DNA of 64,000 bases, from assembly GCA_963713605.1 (NCBI GenBank), contig CAVQMO010000001.1:832001-896000 (forward strand). Reading direction: 5' to 3'. Under the pieces are notes generated by a model. It saw only the letters and a list, made by a program, of their open reading frames with translations, had not been told where the DNA came from and searched no databases. Both the position numbers and the translations under genes were made by a program. Of the stretch, positions 32,186-43,473 are shown in pieces. This DNA is from an uncultured Nitrososphaerales archaeon. Lineage in GTDB: Archaea > Thermoproteota > Nitrososphaeria > Nitrososphaerales > Nitrososphaeraceae. The number at the start of each line of letters is the position of its first letter. Within the stretch, counting starts at the first letter, position 1.

Positions 32186-33429
32186 AGTCCAAACAACCTC
32201 CGCGCACTTTGTAAAGCGTCAATCAGTATATTAACTTCATCTTTTGAGTTATAAATATAGAAGCTAACCCTTGATGTAGCAGAAACATCCAATCTCTCCA
32301 TAAGTATCTGAGCACAATGATGTCCTGACCTCATCGCGATACCGAAGTCATTTAAGATAGTAGCCAAGTCGTGTGGATGAATGTCACCCAAATTGAAAGA
32401 TATGACTGCACCTCTTTCATTCATATCGTGCGGGCCGTATATTGTGATACCTTGAATCTCTTTCATTCTTTCTAGAGCGTATTCAGTAATCTGCATCTCA
32501 TGTTCTCGAATATTCTCAAACCCAAGTTCGTTCAGATAATCTATCGCCGCTCCAAAGCCTATTACGTCAGCAATGTTAGGGGTCCCTGCCTCAAATTTGT
32601 AAGGCAGGTCATTAAATAAAGTATTGTGTTTATGGACTTCCTTAATCATATCTCCACCTCCAATGAAAGGTGGCATCTCCTCAAGAATTTCCCTTTTCGC
32701 AAAGAGAATCCCAACTCCAGTTGGACCTAGCATTTTGTGAGCAGAGAAAGCCATAAAATCGCAGTCAAGATCATGAACATCGACTTTCATATGAGGCACC
32801 GACTGGGCCGCATCGATCATCAGTGGCACGTTCACTTCGTGAGCAAGCTTCGTCATTTCCTTTACAGGCAAAATAGTACCTAAAACGTTAGACATTTGGG
32901 ATATTGAGACCAATTTCAGATTGGGATCGTGAACTTTTTGTGCGAACTCCTCAATGTCAATCCGCCCATCATCTCCAATACCCAAATAATCCAAGGATGC
33001 CCCAACTTCTCCAGCTACTAACTGCCACGGCACGATATTGCTGTGATGCTCGATTTCAGTTATCAGTACCTTATCCCTTTTAGCCAGGTGCTGGCGAGCC
33101 CAACACTTAGCTATTAGATTTATTGACTCGGTCGCGTTTCTAGTAAAGATAATTTCGTCAGCAGAACTTGCGTTGACTAACTTGGCAACCTTCTGACGAA
33201 CCTCCTCATACGCGAATGTTGCCTCCTCCGCCAATTGATGTACTGCTCGATGAATATTTGAATTATAGTTCATGTAGTAATTGCTAATAGAGTCTATCAC
33301 AGTTCTAGGCTTTTGTGTAGTAGCAGCGTTATCGAGATAGATTAGTTTATGGCCTCCTTTAATCCTTCTTTGAAGGATTGGAAAATCGTCCCTTATTATT
33401 TCAACATCTATGGTCGAACTCTGCAACAT
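32182..33429 (-). CDS. sufS: Cysteine desulfurase SufS
   Basis: YLDNAATTQKP, EHHSNIVPWQ, SAHKMLGPTG and RSGHHCA. Confidence 0.96.
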   Translation of the reverse strand: MLQSSTIDVEIIRDDFPILQRRIKGGHKLIYLDNAATTQKPRTVIDSISNYYMNYNSNIHRAVHQLAEEATFAYEEVRQKVAKLVNASSADEIIFTRNATESINLIAKCWARQHLAKRDKVLITEIEHHSNIVPWQLVAGEVGASLDYLGIGDDGRIDIEEFAQKVHDPNLKLVSISQMSNVLGTILPVKEMTKLAHEVNVPLMIDAAQSVPHMKVDVHDLDCDFMAFSAHKMLGPTGVGILFAKREILEEMPPFIGGGDMIKEVHKHNTLFNDLPYKFEAGTPNIADVIGFGAAIDYLNELGFENIREHEMQITEYALERMKEIQGITIYGPHDMNERGAVISFNLGDIHPHDLATILNDFGIAMRSGHHCAQILMERLDVSATSRVSFYIYNSKDEVNILIDALQSARRLFGL

Positions 33430-33681
33430 ATTACTAATTTTCTCCTTCAGAGAGCGTCCTCAGATAAGCAATATCTCTTATGTCATATTTAAATGAGAGC
33501 ACTCCGGGCCTTACAGTACAAGGCCGTAACAAAGTAGCGAATTTCTTGCCCTATTGTATTTACTATCGCATTTAAGTCAGCCTCAACTCATCAGAAACAG
33601 GTCTCAAGTCTTATTTTGCGACTGTTTGTGCGGCCTACTCGGCAAGTTTAAATTGGAATATCATGAATCTTAAAAATCAAC

Positions 33682-33927
33682 GTGACAGTTGTTCTCTGGC
33701 GGGAACCTTGGCTCAAGCCGTTGACTGATACGGAAACCGGCACCGATATTTGTGCCGTCTGTAGAAAAGGCTTTCAAGCCATGGATTTTGTAACTTCTTG
33801 CGAATTTTGTTCCATTGGGGTAATCCACGATAGCTGTGCACGCGAACATATTCTACACGAACATAAACCATTGTTGGATAGAAAGGTTATGTTGCACAGA
33901 GATAGGAGACTGCATGACTATCAGTAA
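33682..33927 (+). CDS. Small zinc-binding hypothetical protein
   Basis: CAVC..CEFC..HDSC..H..H pattern. Confidence 0.7.
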   Translation: MTVVLWREPWLKPLTDTETGTDICAVCRKGFQAMDFVTSCEFCSIGVIHDSCAREHILHEHKPLLDRKVMLHRDRRLHDYQ

Positions 33928-33933
33928 GCCGGA

Positions 33934-34951
33934 TTAGCTGTTCGAAGCTTCAAGATCGAACTCCTTGTATAACCAGCATTTTACAAATCCCGTTTTAGTT
34001 TTGAATAGAGGGGGATCCTGTAAACATACGTCCATCGCATGAGGACATCTTTCGTAAAATCTACATCCCTTTAATTCCGAAGCCAAGTCAGGAGGATTCC
34101 CTTTGATAGAGTCAATTCTGTTTTGAGTGGAATGTATCTTAGGTATTGCTCTAATCAAAGCCTGAGTATATGGATGCCTTGGATTAACCAGTAGTTCCGA
34201 TGATGAAGACAGTTCTACAATCTGCCCAGCATACATAATCCCTATCTTGTCGGCGATCTCTGAAATCAGAGAAATATCATGGGTTATCATTACAATGTTC
34301 ATATTTCTTTCTGCTTTGAGTTTCTTAAGCAAATTCATAATTTGCGCTTGCACAAGGACGTCTAATGCTGTAGTAGGTTCGTCTGCAATGAGAATGAGGG
34401 GCTGTAGTAGAAGAGCCATAGCTATGACAACGCGTTGCTTCATACCTCCACTTAACTCGTGAGGATATCTGTTGGCGACCGACTTGTCAAGTCCAACGTC
34501 TGTCAGCGCCTGATAGATTAATTGTTCAAAATCACCTTTAATCTTGTGTTCTTGCATAAGCTCACGCAACTGTTCGGAGATTCTGTAAACGGGATCAAGA
34601 CTATTCATGGCACCTTGGAATACTACTGCAATTTTTTTCCATCTCATTTCATGATTAAAATAACTCTCCGATAAATCGAGCACATTTTTTCCGTTAACGT
34701 ATATCTTTCCCTTTACTATCTTACCAGGAGGACTTACCGAACGGATAATCGCCGCCCCTAAAGTACTCTTTCCCAGAGGCTGACTCACCGACAATTCCAA
34801 TCGTTTCATTGCCGCTTATTTCAAATGAAATGTCATCGACCGCTCTAACCCTACCTCGATTGGTGAAATAGTAAACCTGAAGGTCTTCTACCCTTAATCT
34901 AGAATCTTCAAGGTCCATCGAGTCGTCTGGTTTAGGCGTGCCTTGCGACAA
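33934..34951 (-). CDS. Oligopeptide/dipeptide ABC transporter ATP-binding subunit (OppD-like; frameshift in Walker A near 34775)
   Basis: GIVGES..GKST, YPHELSGGMKQR, ADEPTTALD, HPYTQAL and GCRFYERC. Confidence 0.92.
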
Positions 34952-35252
34952 TCAACAGATACGACGGGTCAGTGTCATATGAACCGTACCGTCTTTTTTG
35001 ACTTCCACAGAAATGGCCTGGCTTAGTAATCACCCGGTTACATCAGTCTTCCAGTGGAGCTTTATCATTGGTAAAGCCACACCTGCATCGAGTCTTGAAC
35101 AATGGGTTCGGGACAAGACATTAAGGGATGGCTGACCAATACGTGCCTTTAACAACACAACACCTTGCACACAGTACGTTCGAAGGCACATGATCGGAAT
35201 TTACCTTGCCAACAGGTTATATAACAGAAATGATAATTAACCAAAGCTTCTG

Positions 35253-35775
35253 TTGAAAACTCCTATTTGCTTGTTTGATGCAAAGACCGGAATTCTGTGT
35301 TCAAAGTGTGATGCAAAGCTGAACTTCAGGTCAGCTTAACCAAGCAGCCGTGTATTCCTCTATCAAACTTGCAAAATTGGCAGAGAAGGACCAAGAGATC
35401 AGCAAATTTACATTAGTTGGTTCTCACAAGGTAGATGATGATTATATTCTCTTCCTGAGAACTTCGGATATCATTACCTTGAGAAGTAACCCATCTATTG
35501 TTAAAAAATTTGCAGGTGAATTCAATGCTAATCTTTGGTTTGTAGAAGCAGAGGGGACAGATAGGAGATTTATGGAAAACCTATTTTACCCTCTACGAAT
35601 CCTGAATATGAATTTAATTTGGTTACCGGACGGGAATAAATTGACGCGGGTAATAGTAAGTCAAGAGTCGGCAAATAGGCCAAAGTTCCCACTTGATGTG
35701 GAAAAAATCAGGAAGGTTGCCAGGGCGGTAAAGAAAATTGATCTCATAGTAGAATTTGAAACTCAGTCAAATTAG
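35253..35775 (+). CDS. Archaeal NusA-like/KH protein with N-terminal Cys motif (frameshift near 35325)
   Basis: TTG start gives KTPICLFDAKTGILCSKCDAKL, continuing into the 35350 ORF; lies upstream of aspS. Confidence 0.65.
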
Positions 35776-35794
35776 GATAATTTGGGGTTAATTA

Positions 35795-37184
35795 ATGTCA
35801 GAGAAGCTAAACATGACTAGATCTCATCTTGCAGACTGCATCACTATCGATCTCGTAGACAGAGATATTAGTGTAGCAGGATGGATTGAAGATATACGAG
35901 ACATTGGGAAACTAGGCTTTGTATCGATAAGAGACTTTACAGGCATGATGCAGATCATTGTCGCTGGAGATCTGTTGGGTCAAATTAGGATGATCCCAAG
36001 ACAAAGCTGCGTTCTGGTTGAGGGAAAAGTTCAAAGAAGTAAAGCGAAGAATGTCGGTTTTGAGATTAAAGCGAACAAGATTTCCCTCTTATCGAAGGCT
36101 ATTCATCCACTCCCCATCGATCCAACAGGACGTGTCGAATCCTCAACAGACAAGAGAATCGATTCAAGAGCATTGGACCTCCGGGACCCTAAGGTTTCTG
36201 CGATCTTTAGACTACGCTCTTCTGCGTTGCAAACAATACGCAATTTTCTTCGGTCAAGAAGATTCATTGAGGTAACTACGCCCAAGATAATTGGAACTTC
36301 TACTGAGGGTGGAGCGAATTTATTTAGATGCGATTATTTTGGTAAAAATGCCTATCTAGCACAGAGCCCACAGCTGTATAAAGAGCAGTTGACGGTCGGC
36401 TTGGAACGTGTGTTTGAAGTAGGTCCATATTTTAGGGCAGAAAAATCTCATACTGTCAGGCATTTGGCCGAGTTCACGAGCGTAGACGTGGAAGCGAGCA
36501 TTTCTGGATTATACCGACGTTATGGAAATTGTTGCCGATCTAGTTAGAAAAGTAATCCATGATCTGAAGCATCATTGCAGCGCTGATCTAAAAATGACAT
36601 GGCAGAAGACCGCAGAGCCTGATACTGTGGATAACCAGAATCAGGGTGAAGCCTTCCATAAAATGGAGGAAATGTTTGGCATTTCAATTGATACTTTAGT
36701 AGACCCTTCGGAATTAAAAATTGAGCAATTAACCTATGAAAAGGCTATAGACGAATTAAGGGAGCAGGGAGAATCTTTGTCCTTTGGTGACGATCTTTCT
36801 GATACTGCGTTACGGAAACTTGGCGATTTGCATAAAGGGTTCTATTTTATCACAGATTGGCCGATGAGGCTGAAGCCCTTTTACATTCATGAAAAGGAAG
36901 GAAACCAGGAGTTGTCTTGTTCCTTCGATCTTCAGTTTGGCTACCTAGAACTTGTCTCTGGAGGCAGAAGACAGCATGACCCAGATAAGCTGAAGAATAG
37001 GATCATAGAACAGGGCTTAGATCCTTCAGGATTCGAAGATCATTTGAAAGCGTTCCACTGGGGAATGCCGCCTCATTCGGGGTGGGGATTGGGATTTGAT
37101 CGACTCATGATGGTTCTGACAAATTCTCAGAATGTTCGCGATGTCGTCTTATATCCTAGAGATGTGGAAAGACTTAGGCCTTAA
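35795..37184 (+). CDS. aspS: Aspartyl-tRNA synthetase, archaeal type (frameshift near 36500)
   Basis: EGGANLF, YLAQSPQLYKE, FRAEKS.T.RHL.EF, ELVSGGRR and GMPPHSGWGLGFDRL. Confidence 0.95.
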
Positions 37185-37201
37185 AAGCCACAATTTTATT
37201 C

Positions 37202-37658
37202 TTACGGTTTATTTTGCGCAGATGATGATTCCACTTTGATTTGAACTACTTCATCGTCAAGGATATAAGCGGCAAAGCTCGCTGGACAGCGTCGAATAGA
37301 TTAACCAGACCACGGGGTTAAGTTCCATATATTTTCTGTCCGTTGAAGAGGGATATGGTTTTGATGAATGTGAATGAAATATACCAACCACCTCCATGTT
37401 ACGAGAACTGATCTCCTTATAGGCATTAATTAATTCATTTGAATCGATTCTAAAGGAATAAATCGAATTGTCGGCGTTACGCATACGAATGATAGAATGA
37501 ACGTTGGCCCGTTCTTCAACCGATTTACCATAGATAATCCCGAAGGTCCCTTCTAGTAGAGCACATGCCTCAGTAGGATAGCAGTGTTTTGCGATTCCTT
37601 CAAGTTCAAGAAGATGTTGTTGAGAGATAGAGACCGTGATTATCAAGAGGCAAGACAA
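37202..37658 (-). CDS. JAMM/MPN+ (M67) metalloprotease (frameshift near C-terminus)
   Basis: YPTEACALL and VGIFHSHSSKPYPSSTD (E..HxH..SxxD). Confidence 0.9.
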
Positions 37659-37737
37659 ACTAACAACAGGAGATGATCGCTAACCGTCAACTCGGGAAAA
37701 ATTCAGGTCAAAATAATTTGCCTTAGCCACCAAAAAT

Positions 37738-38782
37738 CTAGAAGTCAATATGATTTAGTTTGTTAACTAGACTTGTCGAGGTGTAATCCATGCCGACCAA
37801 TGAGTTGCCAGAATATTGCGTCAACGCCAGCTGTGAATCAGGACTAATTGACGACACATTTGTAATAGGAGAAGAATCCAAGTTGGACTGGTTACCATTT
37901 GTGGTAGCGTTGTTCCCTTCGAAGGCGAAGCTGAGCTTTCATAAATGGGTGCAAAGTGCAGAAATAATCATAATTATCCTCACTTAGATTTGAGGTTGGA
38001 AGGAGAAATGTATCTCCGGCCATTATTAGTGAAGAGTCAAAAGTTTTACCCTCATCAATAGCACTAGTCACGGTGTGAGGTGTATTGTCATTATTTGTCC
38101 ATTCAATTGAGTCGCCTTTTGATATGTTAAGAATGGCAGGGTCATAGGAGGGATTGCCCTGCGCCGAGGCACCAGGGGGAATACTAACGCTCTCAACAGG
38201 TCCAGAGCTCGGTCCTGTAGCATTACTGGCGTTGCCAGAAGCCACAGACTCTGCAGCTGATCCATTCCCACTGGTTGAGGACGCATTCCCGTCTCCCTGC
38301 TGTCCTTGTACAGCATCCTGCTCGGATGGTGACTTTGGAGAAACCAATCCAAAAACGTAAAAAGTTCCACCGCCCACAACTGCTGCGGCGACAAATATCA
38401 CGGTTATAGCCTTCACATATGGACTCTCTTTATACGATGCCACTATTATCACGGTCGCAGGAATAGCAATCACCATCATCAATCCAATGAAGGCAAATAT
38501 GCTAGGTACGGTAGTACTTACAGTAACAGCTGCTGCAATGCCGAATGTAACCAGAAATCCTAATGTGATGAATGTTGCTGATTTGGCCCTAGGGCTCCTC
38601 GGAAATCCATCCTTAAATATTCCTGCGGAAAGGAAGATCAAACCAATAAAGAGTGTCAACAAAGATACGGCATGCATTCCGTCGATAAACGTCTTGGCTA
38701 TACCTGCAAGGGAAATTCCTACTCCTACTATTCCTATCGAAGTAAGGCCAATGCCTGGCGTCAGTAGGTCCCAATCGCTCAT
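37738..38782 (-). CDS. Multi-TM membrane protein with C-terminal plastocyanin-like (type-1 copper) domain; frameshift near 37920
   Basis: About 5 hydrophobic helices, an S/G/N-rich linker, then WTNNDNTPHTVT and YFCTLHPFM (His-Cys-His-Met ligands). Confidence 0.85.
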
Positions 38783-38958
38783 ATCGTTATGTTGTTGGGA
38801 GCAAACCCAGATAATTAATCTTTACTGGTATTGCCGATGGTTCAATTTCTAACTTAAAGTACCACGGTGTTTTTGTAGGGCTAAGTGTGGGGCTAATGAG
38901 CAACACATTGGCTAAACAACATACAGAAACATCAAGTTTCAAATACTTTAACACATAC

Positions 38959-40101
38959 CTAACATATGTAAGAAATCCTATCACCTTGATCAAAAAAGTA
39001 CAGATATCCATCTCTGGAGCCCACAAGAAGCATCCCTCCTGCTAGACACGGCGAGGAGTCTATCATATCCATTGTAGGAAATTTCCAAAGTAACTGGCCG
39101 GTGAGTATGTCCAAGTAGTATATATGTGAATCAAGTGATCCAACGAAAACTTTCAGGCCTTTTGTCAAAAGTGGTGACGACCATATTTTGCCAGCAGTTT
39201 TAAACTTCCAGATCAAAGAACCATCGGCAGCACTCAAACAATGCAGATGTCCGTCTGAGGAACCTATCAAGACATAGCTTTGAATTGAAGAAGGAGAGGA
39301 GAGCAAAGGTGATCTTAAATCTGAAGACCAAAGTATTGCACCATTGTCTTTGTTTATCCGATAGAGATAACCAATCTGAGTTCCTATGTAAAGAGAAGGG
39401 AATCCCAGATCCTTGTCATTATCCGCATCGCTTGAAAGACAAGGAGAAGAGGATCTGACCTTGCCATCAAGATTTGTTTTCCAAACCATCTTTCCGTCCA
39501 AATCTAATGCATACAACATGCAATCATCAGAGCCTATGAAGATTCTATGTCCGTCAGACGATGGTGAACACCAGACCTCGCCTCCTGTAGCAAACTGCCA
39601 TCTGAGATTACCTTCGTTATTTAAGGCGTAAATCTTTCCGTCTAGACATCCGAAAACATGAATATCTTCGATAGAACATATCGATGAAAATACTCCGTTT
39701 TGCAACTCATACTTCCACTTCTCGGTTGCGTCGTGAATATTAAAGGCACTAACACTACTAGGTACACCATCAGCGGCATGTTCGTAGACCCATTTTGAAA
39801 AGGTTGCCACTATTAGATGGTCTTTATATAGTGAGGGGCTGGACACTACGGGATTGGATGCATTAACATGCCATTTAACGACCAAGCTCGCTCTATCAAT
39901 TCGATATATGCGACCAGTGATTGTACCCACAAACACCGATTGATTGTCTAACACCGGTGAGGATAAGATAGGACCTACTTTTATCATATTCCTAAATAAG
40001 GGCTTGCGCAAAAAGCCACTATTGGACGTACCAGACCTCTGGTTACTGCCTTTGAAGCAGGGCCAAGAATCTTGTGATTTTGAGTCTGACTGTGAGGACA
40101 T
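38959..40101 (-). CDS. PQQ-like/BamB-type beta-propeller repeat protein
   Basis: Repeated SSP..vfvGS.DG.lY.l...G...W units. Confidence 0.88.
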   Translation of the reverse strand: MSSQSDSKSQDSWPCFKGSNQRSGTSNSGFLRKPLFRNMIKVGPILSSPVLDNQSVFVGTITGRIYRIDRASLVVKWHVNASNPVVSSPSLYKDHLIVATFSKWVYEHAADGVPSSVSAFNIHDATEKWKYELQNGVFSSICSIEDIHVFGCLDGKIYALNNEGNLRWQFATGGEVWCSPSSDGHRIFIGSDDCMLYALDLDGKMVWKTNLDGKVRSSSPCLSSDADNDKDLGFPSLYIGTQIGYLYRINKDNGAILWSSDLRSPLLSSPSSIQSYVLIGSSDGHLHCLSAADGSLIWKFKTAGKIWSSPLLTKGLKVFVGSLDSHIYYLDILTGQLLWKFPTMDMIDSSPCLAGGMLLVGSRDGYLYFFDQGDRISYIC

Positions 40102-40246
40102 GTGATCTATTGTTTGGTTTTAAATACGGAGTACAGTTTTCAACTATAATATGTTACGTACCGCCAAAGTCAATATTGGGGGAAGTTTTCATTTGAATGA
40201 TGGACTAACACTTAAAAATAGGCGAAGATACTCCTCGGTCTATAGC

Positions 40247-40405
40247 TTGGCTGCCAGAAAGAACACTTCGCGAAAAAAGAGATTAATAAAACGTACAAGG
40301 CAGAATAGACCTGTACCAGCATGGGTTATCATTCGTACGCATAGACATGTTAGAACAAATCCCAAAAGGCGTCTCTGGCGAAGGACAGATGTCAACGTCG
40401 GCTAA
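40247..40405 (+). CDS. rpl39e: 50S ribosomal protein L39e
   Basis: TTG start; [27 protein letters not shown]. Confidence 0.93.
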   Translation: MAARKNTSRKKRLIKRTRQNRPVPAWVIIRTHRHVRTNPKRRLWRRTDVNVG

Positions 40406-40429
40406 AATTAGAGGTGGAGAAAAAGGTTA

Positions 40430-40942
40430 ATGTCTTTGAATGAGACTCCTGAAGAGAGCATTTATACCGTTAATTTCAGAAAAGCTTGGATTACTCCGGA
40501 GTATAAGCGAACAAATAGGGTAATTGGCATATTAAGAGAATTCGTCAAAAGGCACATGAAGACCGATGACATAAAGATTGACCAGTATCTGAATAGATAC
40601 TTGTGGCAGAGAGGAAAACGAAATCCCCCAAGGAAAATTCGCGTTCGGATGACCAAAGACGAAACTGATACTGTTGTGGTTTCACTCTATGAGGAAGAAA
40701 GAAAATCTCGGACACAAGATCACGAATTGAAACAAGAAGTAGAGACACCGGAAGAAAAACCTACCAAAAAGGAGAGTGAAGCGGAAGCCAAAGAAAAGGT
40801 TGAGCTTGAGGATTCGCTGAATAAAGAAGGTAAAGATGCAACCGCAAAGTCTGATGATAAGAATAAAAAAGAACAGGCGCTGAAAACGGTCGAGAAACCA
40901 AAGAAGAAATCTACTAGAAAGAAAAAATCAGCAGAGTCCTGA
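40430..40942 (+). CDS. rpl31e: 50S ribosomal protein L31e with long Glu/Lys-rich C-terminal tail
   Basis: YTVNFRKAW, REFVKRHMK and LNRYLWQRGKRNPPRKIRV. Confidence 0.93.
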   Translation: MSLNETPEESIYTVNFRKAWITPEYKRTNRVIGILREFVKRHMKTDDIKIDQYLNRYLWQRGKRNPPRKIRVRMTKDETDTVVVSLYEEERKSRTQDHELKQEVETPEEKPTKKESEAEAKEKVELEDSLNKEGKDATAKSDDKNKKEQALKTVEKPKKKSTRKKKSAES

Positions 40943-41096
40943 AATTCATCTTTCAACTTTATTCTCCTTTTGCATGCTGATTAATTTCTGTCTGACGTTG
41001 ATTTGATGGTACTAAACGACGAACAGTTTAACTAAGTCATTTTTAATCGCGCTTTCAACAAAAATTAAAATAATCCCTTCTTTAACTCAGCTCATC

Positions 41097-41784
41097 ATGG
41101 AGGATAAAACTATTGAAACTGGTAGAACTCAAATTAAGGTACTTGCCGCTGTAGCTCTTTTATCTGCCGGTATTTGTTTACCAATTTTGTACATTCAGTC
41201 ATCTTTAGGTCAACTGCACCAACCTGACAGCGACAGTAACGGTAATTCTACACAGGCCATCAACCTTCAAAATATAACTTCGCAACAACAGTCGCGTTCA
41301 GTTAATGAAACAGAATTTGCCACTCATATTTCTCCTGAATTAGGTATAAAGATCGATCATCCAACTGATTGGTCGCCGATTGTTAGAAAATTTGCGAATG
41401 ATGTTCAAGTTCTAGAATTTAATGCTAGTAGATCCGCAATGATGCAGCTTCTTCCTCCCACAGTCCGTATTTCGGTTCACTCCTCAACCCGATATGCAAA
41501 GTCTGAACCAGCTAACTGAGAGTTTACTTGCAATCGCAAGTAATTATCCGAGATTTGATCTCAGGGAGAATGGTACTGATACTCTAGGAAACGCTACAGC
41601 ACAGAAAGTTCTTTACACCTACGGTAGTGGAGACCCTTCCCAGCAATTTACACTTCAGGCAATGGACATCTGGACCTTAAAAGATGGGAAAAGGTATGTG
41701 TTCTCGTATATCGCCCCAGTGTCAGAATTCTCGATGAATCTACCAATTGCAGAACATATGATTAGGTCGTTTACCTTTGAGTAG
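41097..41784 (+). CDS. Membrane-anchored PsbP-like protein (frameshift near 41490)
   Basis: N-terminal TM helix; GIKIDHPTDW, TLGNATAQKVLYTY, DIWTLKDGKRYVFSY and MIRSFTF. Confidence 0.7.
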
Positions 41785-41981
41785 TCGCTTTAGATTTATG
41801 GCTGCAAAGAGGTAATTTGAGGCTTGCTTTCCAATGACGGAGGAGCATATGAGTTTAGTATCCCAAACACTTCAGCTCTTCTTAAGAGATAGGAGGCATG
41901 ATGTGATTAGCGCCCAAAGAAAAAGAGCTTCATCCGGCCTTATCAGAAAGTTGGAAGAATTCCAACAATGTCAATCATGAT

Positions 41982-43317
41982 TTGAATGAATCCAAGAGCG
42001 GAGATGGCCTCCCATCACCTAGGGTCTGGATAGAAGCATATGGTTGCTCGGCTAATGTGGCAGATTCCCAAACAATTGCAGGGGCATTGTCAACAAACGG
42101 GTTTGTAATCGCGAAGCCAGACGAAAAGCCTGACTTGAACATAATTGTTACCTGCTCCGTAAAGGATACTACAGAGCATAAAATGATGAGTAGGATAAAA
42201 GCCCTTTCAAAGACCGGAAAGCCGCTCATAATTGCAGGATGTTTGGCAAAAACTGAAACCGGGAAACTTCAAAGGCAATTCAGTGGCGTTTCGTTCTTGG
42301 GACCAAGATCCCTAACTAAGACAGTCAGCTGCGCGAAAGCGAGCAATCAAAGGCATCAGGTCCATTGAATTGGACGATGCAGATGGGCGGGAAAAATTGA
42401 GTATTCCCAGAGTGAGGATTAACCCGGTTGTTAGTATAATTCAGGTAGCAGTTGGATGCTTGAGTGAATGTTCATTCTGTCAGACTAAACTTGCAAAAGG
42501 GCAGATAACTAGTTATAGAATTGGAGACATCATGCTTGCCATAGAAAAGGATGTTAAGGAAGGTTGCCGAGAAATCTGGCTTTCTTCTACTGACAATGGT
42601 TGCTATGGCTTTGATATCGGAACCGACATCATCGAATTGTTGAGAAAGTGCAGGTTAATACCGGGAGATTTTAGAATAAGGATCGGGATGATGAACCCAA
42701 TGTATCTGGGTTCCTTAAAGGACAGATTAATTCAACTACTTGAGGAGTCAGACAAAATCTACCGATTTTTACATATTCCAGTCCAGAGTGGCAGCGAACG
42801 GATACTGCGGTCTATGAAGAGAGGCCACACCGTCAAGATGTACAAGGACATCGTGCAATCTTTTAGGGATAGGTGTCCAGATATTACCATTGGGACCGAT
42901 ATCATTGTTGGTTTCCCAGGCGAGAGTGAAAAGGACTTTGAGGATACATTAGATTTGATTTCTGAGAGTAAACCAGAGATCGTCAACTGTTCGAGATATG
43001 GTGCCAGGCCTGGGACATCCGCAACATTGCTGGATGGTAGATTAACTAGTGAGATAGCCAAAACCAGGAGTGGTCGGGTTCATGAGCTTGCCACAAAGAT
43101 TTCTAGTGAGAGAAACATGAAATGGATTGGATGGAGGGGTAGCATTATCATTGACGAGGTCGGCCAAAATTTTATACAGGGTAGAAACTATGTATATAAA
43201 CCAATTTTCATCAGAAAAAAAGAATTCAATTCTGGTTCAGCACAACTTGGGGATCGAATCATGGTTCAGATCAAGAGGTGCTCTTCACGAGCATTGGAGG
43301 CAGTCGAGCTTGGTTGA
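41982..43317 (+). CDS. Radical SAM tRNA methylthiotransferase (archaeal MtaB type; frameshift near 42340-42370)
   Basis: EAYGCSAN, VTCSVK, AGCL, GCLSECSFC (CxxxCxxC), HIPVQSGS and DIIVGFPGE; C-terminal TRAM domain. Confidence 0.9.
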
Positions 43318-43473
43318 GGAAAATAATTGTTTAGAGCCGGGTCATACTGACAGACATCCCGCGATGCTCTAACAGAGGTATAGTACGATTTATCGTAACT
43401 TTTAACTAGTATAAATTATACTCCTCTCTACGGGGGGGCTGTAGGACTGCTAGAAAATTCTTCAGGTGATAGT

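Noticed and set aside
34950..35200. Possible small Cys-containing ORF on the minus strand (VPSNVLCARC...)
   Set aside because: Cys motifs fall in different frames and no consistent protein could be reconstructed.
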